DNA of 39,648 nt from Octopus bimaculoides (Eukaryota): contig NC_068981.1 in assembly GCF_001194135.2 (NCBI RefSeq), positions 83,523,846-83,563,493 on the forward strand. Reading direction: 5' to 3'. Numbering within the stretch: the stretch's first letter is position 1; each line of letters starts with the position of its first letter. The notes under the pieces are model-generated. The model had not been told where the DNA came from and did not search any database. It saw only the letters and a list, made by a program, of their open reading frames with translations. Shown in pieces: positions 10,489 through 22,550 of this stretch. Both the position numbers and the translations under genes were made by a program.

Positions 10489-10880
10489 TCTTTTACCTGT
10501 TTCAGTCATGTGACTGCGACCATGCTGGAGCACCGCTTTTAGTCGAGCAAATAGACCCCAGGACTTATTCTTTGTAAGCCTAGTACTTATTCTATCGGTT
10601 TCTTTTGCAGAACCGTTAAGTCACGGGGACGTAAACACAGCAACATCGGTGGTCAAGCGATGTTGGGGGGGGGGACAAACACAGACACACAAACACACAC
10701 ATATATATACATATATACGACGGGCTTCTTTCAGTTTCCGTCTACCAAATCCACTCACAAGGCTTTGGTCGGCCCGAGGCTATAGTAGAAGACACTTGCC
10801 CAAGGTGCCACACAGTGGGACTGAACCCGGAACCATGTGGTTGGTAAGGAAGCTGCTTACCACGCAGCCACTCCTGCGCC
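10486..10880 (-). mobile_element. SINE family A, full-length copy (reference copy in this window)
   Basis: Minus-strand A box TGGCTGCGTGG (10860-10870), B box GGTTCAGTCCC (10817-10827), CCTTGGGCAAGT motif, internal (TA)/(TG) linker ~10685-10717, 3' end ...TGAAACAGGTAAAAGAGTA. Confidence 0.92.
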
Positions 10881-10890
10881 TATATATATC

Positions 10891-11151
10891 GGAGAATTTA
10901 CGAAAAAAACAACAACAGATGAGGACAGGTGGTATAAACAACAAAAGGATGTATTAGTTTAACGCTCGGGAATAGAGAAAGTCTTTAACGTTTCGGGCTA
11001 CGCTCTTCAACAGAAAGAATAAGGAGAAAAACAAGGAGAAAATCCAGAATGAAAGAAGGTAGAATCCAGAAGTTCGTGTTTGATATGTAGAGACATGATT
11101 AGCTGGTGCGACCTCTATAATATATGCGTGTATTATATATGGGAGAATTTA
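10891..11151 (-). mobile_element. Penelope-like terminal repeat family P, copy 3 (longest), hammerhead-like at 10982-11018
   Basis: Minus strand TCTTT-CTGTTGA-A-GAGC/GTA/GCCC-GAAA-CGT-T-AAAGA; GGAGAATTTA at both ends (10891-10900, 11142-11151). Confidence 0.7.
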
Positions 11152-11452
11152 TATATAAAGCTTGTTGAAATGTCATTCATGTTGTAGTAAAATTCTCAAA
11201 GTGCATATTCTTATATTCTGGCATTAGTCGACCAGTTTCACACACAGGACTATGTTAATTGTGTGTCTTCGACGGTAAAACATAGCCTCAAACTGAAGCC
11301 TTTTTTGTTGAAGTGTTAGAAGGACGTAACATAATTACACAGATGCATGTGCACACAAACACACGTGTACGTACAAACACACATACACACAAACGCATAA
11401 ATGCACATTAATGCACGTATACGCACACACACACACATATATATTCGGCTAG

Positions 11453-11526
<74 letters not shown>
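11453..11526. repeat. (TA)n microsatellite
   Basis: Direct reading. Confidence 0.95.
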
Positions 11527-11527
<1 letters not shown>

Positions 11528-12523
11528 TAGCTGAATAGTCCGTTCTTGCGGGAAATTTTTTGAATAAAGTGTCATTTAAATTTTTGTTTATTCCATGTCA
11601 GATCATGCCTCCCTCGACAGATAAGCTTCTTGATCAGGATACATTTGTGCAATTTTTCGCAAAAAGCTTCGTCAACGATTGCTTTCTTTTTAAAATTATT
11701 TACATGCCTGTACGAACGTTTCACATCACTTTATTCATTAAACTTATTAAAACTTCATAAGTTCTGACAATTATGGTCATTGTAATGCTTTTCTTTCTTT
11801 TGTTTAATAAAAATTCGTTCTTGTAATGATTTTGCTTTCAGATGATGGACAGCTATCTTGCAGAAAATGCTCCAAATCCTGTTTTCTTATTATGTAAAAC
11901 AGATTGAACATTAAGCCTCAGTAACATATTTCTGCAATTCATCTGGAAGGAATAACCAACAAAATCAGATTTAACGTGGAAAATTATTTCAATATAGCAA
12001 ATTTGAAAATTTTGAGGTAATTTTAAAATTTCACAATACATTGCAGCAACAGGGAAGACCCTACAGCAGTTGAGAGACAAACAGTTATAGGACGTTTCAC
12101 ACAATCAGTTACACATATACAGATATAAACGAGTCTATAATGTGCCTGCATTAAGTAGATATTTGTATATGCGTAAGTGTAAGTATATTTACATATCTGG
12201 AGTGATTAACATATCTGGAGTAATATCTTTTCCTTCACTTTTTAAAAATATTATTTGCGTTTTGATTTAACGCACCAAGCAAAACCAACATATACGTCAT
12301 ATTTGTATTAGAATCGAGCACATTGGTTTTTTTCTGAATTAGTAATATTTTGATTTTAGTTGCAGCGCATTACACAAATACGTGCAATGTACAACTATTC
12401 ACTCAATAGGTTCCATATATATATATATATATGATAATATAAATAATATATATATATATATATGCATATGTACATACATATATGAACATACCTACGTATA
12501 TATGTATATATAAATGCTTATAT

Positions 12524-12877
12524 GGATACAGGACGTCAAAAAAACGTGAACAAAAATGAAAAACGCGAACATAAAAAAACAAAAACATGGAAAACGAACC
12601 TTTTTTGAACAACAAAAGAAGCAAATAGAGAAACGAGACAGGCAACATAAAGAACAACCCCTTCATAAGTTGTCCCCTGTTTTATCTTCTCCGCGTTTCG
12701 AACGTTGGTTAAAACAATCGTTCCCGCACAGCAAAGTAAATCAAATTTGGGATCTGCGGAGGGTTAAAGTGGTAGCAAAAACAGAGTAGTAGGAACAAAA
12801 CAAAGACGAAAAAAACGGTAAGGGCTGTTAAGCCATCACGAGGTGAAGCGGTGAGCGCTTGAGAAATGAGATTTAAC
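12524..12877. mobile_element. A-rich interspersed repeat of uncertain class, between microsatellites
   Basis: A-rich on plus, bounded by TA/CA repeats like family P; I recall similar sequence as an abundant octopus repeat but cannot verify. Confidence 0.4.
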
Positions 12878-12939
12878 AATGTATGTATATAACTGTATAC
12901 ATATATATATATATATATATATGTTTACACACACACACA

Positions 12940-12994
<55 letters not shown>

Positions 12995-13282
12995 NNNNNN
13001 NNNNNNNNNNNNNNNNNNNNNNNNNNNNNNNNNNNNNNNNNNNNNNNNNNNNNNNNNNNNNNNNNNNNNNNNNNNNNNNNNNNNNNNNNNNNNNNNNNNN
13101 NNNNNNNNNNNNNNNNNNNNNNNNNNNNNNNNNNNNNNNNNNNNNNNNNNNNNNNNNNNNNNNNNNNNNNNNNNNNNNNNNNNNNNNNNNNNNNNNNNNN
13201 NNNNNNNNNNNNNNNNNNNNNNNNNNNNNNNNNNNNNNNNNNNNNNNNNNNNNNNNNNNNNNNNNNNNNNNNNNNNNNNNNN
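12995..13282. other. Assembly gap
   Basis: N run. Confidence 1.
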
Positions 13283-13327
<45 letters not shown>

Positions 13328-13970
13328 TCATCTTTAATCGACACGTGGCTATTTTCACTTGATACATTGTTTTTTAAAGACTTAGAGAACTGGCATCTGC
13401 TATGAGTTTCTGATCTGCGAATAATTAGAAAAAGACAAACTCGATAAAATATGTGGGAAAGAGATAATGACAAAAAAAGAATGGTACACTGTGATAAAAT
13501 GGAGAGCAAGGCTGCAGACAGGAAGTGTAAGGAGAAAAGGCAACGACAAGCACTGAACAAAGAGAGAGGAAACTTTATCATAAGAAGATATTTTCCGAGA
13601 TTGCAAAGGCAAGTCGAAAAACTTCTATCGATCGATAAAGCCTAACAGTGTTCCTTTTTGCATTTCCGGCCTATGTCTTTATTTTTGTTCGGCACTCGAC
13701 CTTATGCGTTAAAGCTCTAGTTGCAAAGTTCGGCCATCTGATAAGAGCATGGGAGGAAATTAATATTGTCGGCCAGATTAATGTTAAAAGGACCAGTTCA
13801 GCTGACAAAGGAAAGAAGTCTAGAACAAAAAAATACCAACAATAAGAGTAGCAACGGCAGTATTATTAGTAGCAGCAACAACGGCAGCATCAGCGCCAAA
13901 AAAGAATAACAGAACGGAGTATAATGATGAGAATGTCGTACACAAGTTTTCAATATAAGGTGAAAGATAA

Positions 13971-14180
13971 GGCGGCGAGCTGGCAGAGTCGTTAGCACTC
14001 CAGGCCAAATGCTCAGCAGTATTTCGTATGTCTTTACGTTCTGAGTTCAAATTCCGCGATGGTCAACTTAGCCTTTCATCCTTTCGGTGGCGATGAAATA
14101 AGTACCAGTTGTGCACTAGGGTCAATGGAATCGACGTAATCTCTCTCCGGAAATTGTGCCAAAATTTGAAACCAATATTA
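13971..14180 (+). mobile_element. SINE family B, full-length
   Basis: ggcggcgagctggcagagtcgttag (A box)...gagttcaaattcc (B box)...gcctttcatcctttcgg; matches the reverse complement of 24400-24615. Confidence 0.88.
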
Positions 14181-14192
14181 TTTGAAAGAAAT

Positions 14193-14402
14193 GCGGCGAA
14201 ATGGCAGAATCGTTATCACTCCCGGCATAATGCTTTGCGGTATTTCTTCAGCTCTGCGCCCTGAGATCAAATTCCGCTGACGTCTACTTGGCCTTTCCTT
14301 CTTTCGGAGTCGATGAGATAAGTACAATCTGAGTACTAGGGTCGAAATAATTGACTAGCCTCTCCCCATCAAACGTCAAACCTGATGCCTATAATAGAAA
14401 GT
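14193..14402 (+). mobile_element. SINE family B, second tandem copy (more diverged)
   Basis: gcggcgaaatggcagaatcgtta...gagatcaaattccgc...tgcctataatagaaag. Confidence 0.85.
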
Positions 14403-14443
14403 AGGTGAAAATAATATTCTCAGTAATTGTTTTTACCGTTGTA

Positions 14444-14586
14444 GCATGGCCTGAAATTTTCGATAAGGAGATTAGTTGATTAAATGGCTATTACTTGGTT
14501 GACACATTATAACATTGACACTGGAATGATGAAAGCAAAGGTTAACCGCAGTGGAAATTTGTACTCAGAAAGTAAAGACCTGGAAC
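14444..14586 (-). mobile_element. SINE family B, old partial copy, inverted relative to the preceding dimer
   Basis: gcatggcctgaaatttt...gatgaaagcaaagg...aatttgtactcagaaagtaaagac resembles 24197-24340. Confidence 0.65.
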
Positions 14587-14737
14587 TATCATCGTATGTA
14601 ATTTTGTCCGACTTTTTGATAATTAAGCCAATAAACTTTATGTTAAAGCTGATGATCTTAAACTCATACACTGGTTTCTTTTTAAATAATAATTTCCCAA
14701 TTAAACACGATACCACAATTTCACAGGAAGACGTTTA

Positions 14738-14810
14738 TTTGATCAAATCGATTCCCAATTTTTGACTGGTACTTTTCTATCAATTCCCGGAATAGGTGAA
14801 AAATGAAGCC
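14738..14810 (-). mobile_element. SINE family B remnant
   Basis: aaatcgattccca...gactggtacttttctatcaattcccggaataggtgaaa resembles the family B middle. Confidence 0.45.
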
Positions 14811-15039
14811 ATCCCTAAGTTAAACTGATTAATTCAAGGAGGACATAGCCGTTCACATGCGTCTCAGGTCTTTTTTTATTGAACCTGTGTTATATATATA
14901 TTAATGAACATTCATAGATTACAAAATAATATGAAATATATATAAGATCGGAGACGATCATCCATCTCTTAGTTGTAAGTACCAGGATTGTTGCAAGGGC
15001 ATTTTGATCCTTTTGAGGGTATAGAATAATGTAGCAGGT

Positions 15040-15345
15040 TCTTTTGCCAAGCACAGAGAATTCTACTCCGAATGTGTGGGATAAAGTTTAATGCTTTCCT
15101 ATAATCAAGCCATACTGTCTTGGGCAGCACAGAATTGTTTATCAAAAGTTGTCCAGCACACCCCGTTTTTTTTTATCCGCCGCTCATCAGTCACTATAGT
15201 GTTAGACTATATATGATCATAGAGGGATTGGTTAAGTGAGTTTGTGTAAAGCATGTACATAGAAATTAGGCAAGCAATGGGCCGATAAATCTGAGTCAAC
15301 GCGGTGGTTTTATCCTTGAATACAAAATTCAAGTGCTATAGCAAG
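15040..15345 (-). pseudogene. Non-LTR retrotransposon RT relic, R4/Dong-like
   Basis: Minus strand FVFKDKTT..QIYRPIACLISMY.LYT...YDHI*, then after a frameshift QLLINNSVL..VWLDYRKALNFIPH; resembles the NYRPITCL...QLLIDK...AWIDYKKAFDSVPH signature of RLE-type RTs. Confidence 0.8.
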
Positions 15346-15380
15346 CCAATTTGTAAATCTGTCCCTATATTGATTATATG

Positions 15381-15434
<54 letters not shown>

Positions 15435-16265
15435 AACATACATGACAACAACCTTGTGTAGAAAGTCAGCCTTTCTGTTTTACCAGTATCCAAGTATTCA
15501 GTCACTTTCCGGCACTTTCTCATTAAGTAGTTTGCCTATGGTGAATGTTTCAATTTTGTTTTACTGTCGACGTTGATATAGTATTCTTTACTAATTGTAT
15601 TTAGCCACGATGCATTTTAAGTCGAAATCGTTCTTTTTGTTTCAGACAGTAGACGACAACGATTAAGATTTTCCTGAGAAGAGCTATTTTAACGGTAATA
15701 CTTTCTTCCTCGTCCCCAGTTTAATGCTTGCGAATCGGTTGCGAACTTGCAATTTATACTGACATGTTCGAAAATTTTTCTACGGTATCTACATTCTTCG
15801 TTCAGGATACTGAGTTCGTACCTGAAAGTAATTAACTTTCCTTCAAAAGCCTGGCATAATCGCAGTAGAGTTTTCCCTGGGTTAAATGTAACTGGTGAAG
15901 TATGAGCTCATTATTCCTCTTTTTTATAATATCATGGTTAACTATCGAATGTGGGAGTCAGACTGTGATTCAAATTCGTTTAAAGAGGGAATTGAGTATA
16001 CGAGGCGAAATAACTGCGCAATATTTATATCTATCGTTGTCACTCACATCCGGAGCTATTCGTTTCGCCCAGCTTTGAAGTATACTGCATTTTTAAAATT
16101 CTGTCTTTACAGGCAGCTTCCCGAACGAAATGCTGGAACCTAAATTTGTTTAATAACACACGTACATTAAGTATGTGACATTGATAATACATAAGTATTT
16201 AAATGCATGCGTACATACACAAACGTGCTCACACACATACACACATACATATATGCATGTATATA

Positions 16266-16501
16266 NNNNNNNNNNNNNNNNNNNNNNNNNNNNNNNNNNN
16301 NNNNNNNNNNNNNNNNNNNNNNNNNNNNNNNNNNNNNNNNNNNNNNNNNNNNNNNNNNNNNNNNNNNNNNNNNNNNNNNNNNNNNNNNNNNNNNNNNNNN
16401 NNNNNNNNNNNNNNNNNNNNNNNNNNNNNNNNNNNNNNNNNNNNNNNNNNNNNNNNNNNNNNNNNNNNNNNNNNNNNNNNNNNNNNNNNNNNNNNNNNNN
16501 N
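16266..16501. other. Assembly gap
   Basis: N run. Confidence 1.
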
Positions 16502-16548
16502 TATATATATATATATGTATATATATATATGTATATATATACATAAGT

Positions 16549-16640
16549 GTGTGTTTGTCCTCACACCACTTGACAACCGGTGTTGGTTTGTTCACATCGT
16601 CTAAGTAGCAAGGCAGAGGAAGCCGGTAGGAAAAGGTGTT
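16549..16640 (+). mobile_element. SINE family A 3'-half remnant
   Basis: tgtgtttgtcctcacaccacttgacaaccggtgttggtttgttcacatc. Confidence 0.6.
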
Positions 16641-16956
16641 AGACTTCAGAAGAATGAGGATTGGTTTCAATTTGTTGGACTAATCATTTCCTGACGGGGT
16701 AAAAGCATAGCCGCTGTTCAGTTACTAAAAGATGTAATATATATGCAGAAATGTATATGTGTATATATATATGTGTATATATATATATATATGTGTGTGC
16801 GCGCATGTGTGTGTGTGTGTATGTATGTGTCTGTATGTATGTATTATATGCATACATTCACACATATATGAATGTGTATGTGTACGTACGCGCACGCAGG
16901 TGTTTATGTGAGTGTGGTGAGAAAGCGAGAGAAATTTTGAACATGTATAAATGTGA

Positions 16957-17006
<50 letters not shown>

Positions 17007-17558
17007 GTGTGTATTTATCGCCTGGTTCTCACATGATCTGTTTTATTTTAAAAAATAAATATATAAATAAAGTTAGTTAATATGGCCAAAAAAAGAAGCC
17101 CGATAACGACAACACTGATCACCATCGCAAAAATAATCCAGCACGGAAAGTAACATAGTAGAAGTAGAAAGACCACCAAACTATTACTTTTCATCTATAG
17201 TTAAAATCTGACTAAACCTTATACATCAGATATACGAAGTGCTTATATATTATTAGAATGTTGTTGATAACAAACCAACCAACGGGTAGCTTAAACAGCC
17301 GAGTGATAAGAATGAGAATAATCATGTAGCTGTGTTCATTGTTCGGTTCTGTCAACGCTTAATGTTAAGGGTGTACTGTGATACAAATATCTCTTTTCTA
17401 TGTGATACACACAGATCAAATCTCAAGATAAGATATATTTACGAATAAGTTATACCGCATGCGTTACGTAGGTGTATGGGTGTATACGTATGCCTACATG
17501 TGTGTATGCACGCAAATATGTTTGTGTGCGTGCGTATATATACATATATATATATATA

Positions 17559-18060
17559 NNNNNNNNNNNNNNNNNNNNNNNNNNNNNNNNNNNNNNNNNN
17601 NNNNNNNNNNNNNNNNNNNNNNNNNNNNNNNNNNNNNNNNNNNNNNNNNNNNNNNNNNNNNNNNNNNNNNNNNNNNNNNNNNNNNNNNNNNNNNNNNNNN
17701 NNNNNNNNNNNNNNNNNNNNNNNNNNNNNNNNNNNNNNNNNNNNNNNNNNNNNNNNNNNNNNNNNNNNNNNNNNNNNNNNNNNNNNNNNNNNNNNNNNNN
17801 NNNNNNNNNNNNNNNNNNNNNNNNNNNNNNNNNNNNNNNNNNNNNNNNNNNNNNNNNNNNNNNNNNNNNNNNNNNNNNNNNNNNNNNNNNNNNNNNNNNN
17901 NNNNNNNNNNNNNNNNNNNNNNNNNNNNNNNNNNNNNNNNNNNNNNNNNNNNNNNNNNNNNNNNNNNNNNNNNNNNNNNNNNNNNNNNNNNNNNNNNNNN
18001 NNNNNNNNNNNNNNNNNNNNNNNNNNNNNNNNNNNNNNNNNNNNNNNNNNNNNNNNNNNN
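17559..18060. other. Assembly gap
   Basis: N run. Confidence 1.
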
Positions 18061-18099
<39 letters not shown>

Positions 18100-18714
18100 T
18101 ACACAACCAAAATATATGCGTCCCTATGTTTGCATGTGTGTGTGCTTGTGCGCATGTGTGTGTGTCAATGCTTATTTGTTCCTATATATACCTCTAAAAG
18201 ATTAATTCCAAGTTAATCACATCGAAGCAGTGCATCCTTGAAAAATAAATATTATAACGTCCAAATGTTGGTACTTCATCTCGTATCGTTTACATGGATG
18301 GCTTTCTTTTATCCTACCCTTGTTCTATATTATATTAACTTTGCTTTTTAACCTTTCACAACCCATGGTTCGGGAGAATTTTCACTTTTACAATTGCCCG
18401 CTGCCGTATAAGTCTCTTTTTCATTAACACCATGCCCTCACTTCTCGTTGTATGTCTTCCTCCTGTAATATACACGTTTTAGTTAACATATCAACCCCTA
18501 CTCAAGGCTTTCCTCTTTCCTCTTTCATATCATCCTTTACCATATTTCCTCCCTCTTTAATGGCCCAACATAGTTTCAGCATTTGTATTAGCGGGCCTGT
18601 TTATTTATGTATATATTTAGCTATGTGTTTGCATGTGCATGTATACGTAAGCATAATACTACATCTAAATAAACGGCATGTATTTACGCGTGAATATTGT
18701 CATTTCTCTCTTAG

Positions 18715-18774
18715 CTTACCACGATTTAGCAACATGCCGTAAACGTTACATCTCAGTACCTACTCCGGGCTTCT
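18715..18774 (+). other. Candidate 60-nt symmetric (phase 1) exon, unassigned
   Basis: Acceptor catttctctcttag|, donor |GTGAGT; one open frame (xYHDLATCRKRYISVPTPGFx); no recognised homology. Confidence 0.2.
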
Positions 18775-19174
18775 GTGAGTGTTGTTCATCGTTGATAGCG
18801 TTGTTTCTGTTTTATAGATTTAGTTTCGATCTGATTGAGCATGAATAGAATTAATAAAAGGCTTTCCAAATATGATTATCTCATCTGGTTTCCAAGGTAG
18901 AGAGCATAATTACAAGTACATCGTTATCCAATGTATTGTTATTTTTTATTTAATACGATACGATACAGCATAAGGCTAATCTCTAGCAAACTGAGCGACA
19001 GCGTAAAGGTTATTTTTATCGTTCAACGTGTATGTTCCCATATCTATGTGTACATAAAGTGTATTTTTTTTTTAGCATTTAATTTTCTTCATGGACACAT
19101 AAAATACATTTATGCAAGTTTATGGGGATATGTATGTTTGTTGATGTGTGCGTGTCTCTCTGTATATATAAACA

Positions 19175-19256
<82 letters not shown>

Positions 19257-19819
19257 TGAGAAAGTTATATATATATATATATATAAACATACATATATAA
19301 ATATATATATGCGTTTGCAAGGGAATGCATATACATATGTGCATGAATGTATACACAAACACACGCACAAACACACATACACACACTCATACACATGTAT
19401 ATAACTACGTGTGTGTATGGATGTATGAATGTACGTATGCATGCATGTATGTATGCATGTGTGTTTGTATTTATGTATTATGTATGTGTGGCTGTCTGTG
19501 TTCATAGGAATATAGGAATGATAAATAAAATAATCAATATTGCAAGAGACATCACGTGAAATGATAGTAATAAGGAGAAGAACGAAAGCTCCACAAACGA
19601 AAGAGATATAATATATTTAGACGAAATGTAGATATGAGAGATTTTAGAGATCGAAATAATCTTCTCAACAAATCAGCTGAAAACAGAATTTGCTGATTCT
19701 GTACTATAGTGAGACAATCCGTGTGTGTGTGTGCGTGTGTGTGTGTGTGTGTGTGTGCGCGTTGTGTGCGTGCGTGTATGTGCGTGTGTGTGCGTGTGTG
19801 TGTGTTGTGTGCGTGAGTG

Positions 19820-19853
<34 letters not shown>

Positions 19854-19920
19854 CGTATGTGAAGGGATGTATATGTGATGTGCCTGTGAGTATAGAAACA
19901 GTGTCTGTGGGTGTGTTAAT

Positions 19921-19963
<43 letters not shown>

Positions 19964-20498
19964 CATAGGTGTGTGAGTGCGTTCGTGTGTGTATGTACTT
20001 ACACACAGATATACATATATATATATATATATGCAAACATACGTATGTACATGTATATTATCTCTCTTTCTCTTTTTCTCTTTCTCTCTCTCTCTCTCTC
20101 TCTCGGCAGTTGTGTGTGTGCGCGTGTGCATTGGATACAATCCTGCATGAATAGGCACGAATGATTAAATATGTGCTGGTCGCCTGATCATTTTAAACCG
20201 TTGACATAATATCAAATTCTTAATGGTCATCTGCTGTATCGCAAGTCTTCTTTTACATTTCCCAACTATTTACGGACGCTTTCATATTAGTGTCTTTTCT
20301 TTGATAATGGATTTCTAAAAGAAACGTCACATATAACCAACCTCATTTCACCTGACCTCATCGTATGCTACGAACGTTTATAATTTGCTGTTGTTGTTCT
20401 ATTTGTTTAACACTAGTTAAAACGTCTTTGAGCAAACAACTAATCGAACGCGTTTCTTCTCGGACAATCCTGGGTATGTCATTTTGTAATTTAGAATG

Positions 20499-20600
20499 GG
20501 CGCAGGTATCGCTGTATGGTGAAGAATCTCGCTTTACAACTTACAGGTCTTGGGTTCCGTCACATTGAAATGTGGACGTATATCTTCTACTGCAACCTCG
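20499..20600 (+). mobile_element. SINE family A head, heavily diverged
   Basis: ggcgcaggtatcgctgtatggtgaagaa...gggttccgtcac...tcttctactgcaacctcg. Confidence 0.6.
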
Positions 20601-20649
20601 AAACATACATACATACATACATATCTGTAGTTGAATGAACTTGAGTAAC

Positions 20650-20762
20650 GTAATATGAAGTGGCTTGCTCAACAACACAACAAACAGCCCAGTTCGGGAA
20701 TGGAACTCACTACCTCATGATTGTGAAGCCGACACTCTAACGACTGAGCCATGCACCTGCAC
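20650..20762 (-). mobile_element. SINE family C head
   Basis: Minus strand tggctcagtcgttag (A box)...gagttccattcc (B-like)...gttgtgttgttgagcaagccactt. Confidence 0.75.
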
Positions 20763-20796
<34 letters not shown>

Positions 20797-21265
20797 NNNN
20801 NNNNNNNNNNNNNNNNNNNNNNNNNNNNNNNNNNNNNNNNNNNNNNNNNNNNNNNNNNNNNNNNNNNNNNNNNNNNNNNNNNNNNNNNNNNNNNNNNNNN
20901 NNNNNNNNNNNNNNNNNNNNNNNNNNNNNNNNNNNNNNNNNNNNNNNNNNNNNNNNNNNNNNNNNNNNNNNNNNNNNNNNNNNNNNNNNNNNNNNNNNNN
21001 NNNNNNNNNNNNNNNNNNNNNNNNNNNNNNNNNNNNNNNNNNNNNNNNNNNNNNNNNNNNNNNNNNNNNNNNNNNNNNNNNNNNNNNNNNNNNNNNNNNN
21101 NNNNNNNNNNNNNNNNNNNNNNNNNNNNNNNNNNNNNNNNNNNNNNNNNNNNNNNNNNNNNNNNNNNNNNNNNNNNNNNNNNNNNNNNNNNNNNNNNNNN
21201 NNNNNNNNNNNNNNNNNNNNNNNNNNNNNNNNNNNNNNNNNNNNNNNNNNNNNNNNNNNNNNNNN
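20797..21265. other. Assembly gap
   Basis: N run. Confidence 1.
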
Positions 21266-21308
21266 ATAAAATAGTGTGTGAGTATTTGCGCGTGCGTATA
21301 TGTGTATG

Positions 21309-21348
<40 letters not shown>

Positions 21349-21399
21349 TGTGTGTGTGTGCTTGTGTTTATTTGTGTGCTTTTCTGTTAGTGATTCTGT

Positions 21400-21570
21400 T
21401 TTGGACATGAAAACAGGCGTCGGTTTGCTTACATCATCATAACCTAGTGGCACGCCATGATATCTATTAAATAAGCACCAGGCTTAAGTATGCAACTCAC
21501 TCCGGATAGATATATTCGACTAAAACTCAAGTCTGTGCCTCAGCATAGCTGTACTCCAGTAAGTGAAGGA
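21400..21570 (+). mobile_element. SINE family A 3'-half remnant (old)
   Basis: gtcggtttgcttacatc...aataagcaccaggctt...attcgactaaaa...cagcatagctg. Confidence 0.5.
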
Positions 21571-21929
21571 GAAAATATGAAAGAATATCTAAAAAGGAGT
21601 ATTCTACGCTGACTCGCTATGTGTTTCACGTCTATAGAATAACAAATGTGAAATTAGTCAGATGGTACAGCCATATAGCAGCAGCAGTAGTACTAGTAGT
21701 AGTAAAAGCAGTTGTTGTTCATTCTCTATTACTGCTGGCAGATGGCGCGTCTGAACCACTGAAGTGACAACTCTCCAGCCATGGGTCTGTTTTAGTAGTA
21801 GCTGTCGGTGAGGGTTTTAAGAGATTGGAGTCCAAATCCTACCTGAACTTGTTTTCGTAGCCCTTTACGACACGCAGAGGAAACGTTGGAGGTTATTCCT
21901 TGAAATGCCGGTCTCATACAGCACCAGAT

Positions 21930-22047
21930 CACATGTGAAATGTAATATCTTGCTCAAGAACATAACGCACTACCTGATTTGTGAATCGAGCCCATGACCT
22001 GACAATGATGATTATAACACTATCATCACTAAGCCACGCGCCTTCAC
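21930..22047 (-). mobile_element. SINE family C head (old)
   Basis: gtgaaatgtaatatcttgctcaagaacataacgcac...gaatcgagc...taagccacgcgccttcac. Confidence 0.65.
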
Positions 22048-22384
22048 TACCCTGTAGACATTCATTAATTGGCTTTCTTACCGCTTCCATATCGACTCAG
22101 TTCACTTCAAGTTCTCTGGAATTATTTATTGGTTTCTTTTCCCTTCTTTCTTCATCTCCCACCCACAAAAACAGAAAAGAAAGAGACTCTGCTTTGTTTC
22201 GATACATGAATATATAATATACAGGAATTTTTTTTCTAATGATATTAGCTATTCTCTCTAAATTACGAGATCAGCAAATTCTATTTTGAGCAGATTTACT
22301 GAGAAGAAATCTTTGGGAATCACTAAAATGTCTTCCAATGCTTAGGATAAAATTATATATGTATATGTACAGTTTATGATTATT

Positions 22385-22550
<166 letters not shown>

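Noticed and set aside
5059-12221. Two small tandem duplications with the same 18-nt period (5059/5077 and 12191/12209), plus a 23-nt one at 31939-31984
   Set aside because: Unrelated sequences with two units each; ordinary slippage duplications, not CRISPR-like arrays.
12660-12705. Hammerhead in the A-rich repeat (minus-strand GAAAC and CTTATGA)
   Set aside because: The motifs occur in the wrong order for type I, the core is mutated and I could not build the stems.
15646-15694. 49-nt segment with strong acceptor and GTAATA donor
   Set aside because: Stops in all three frames; a UTR or non-coding exon is untestable here.
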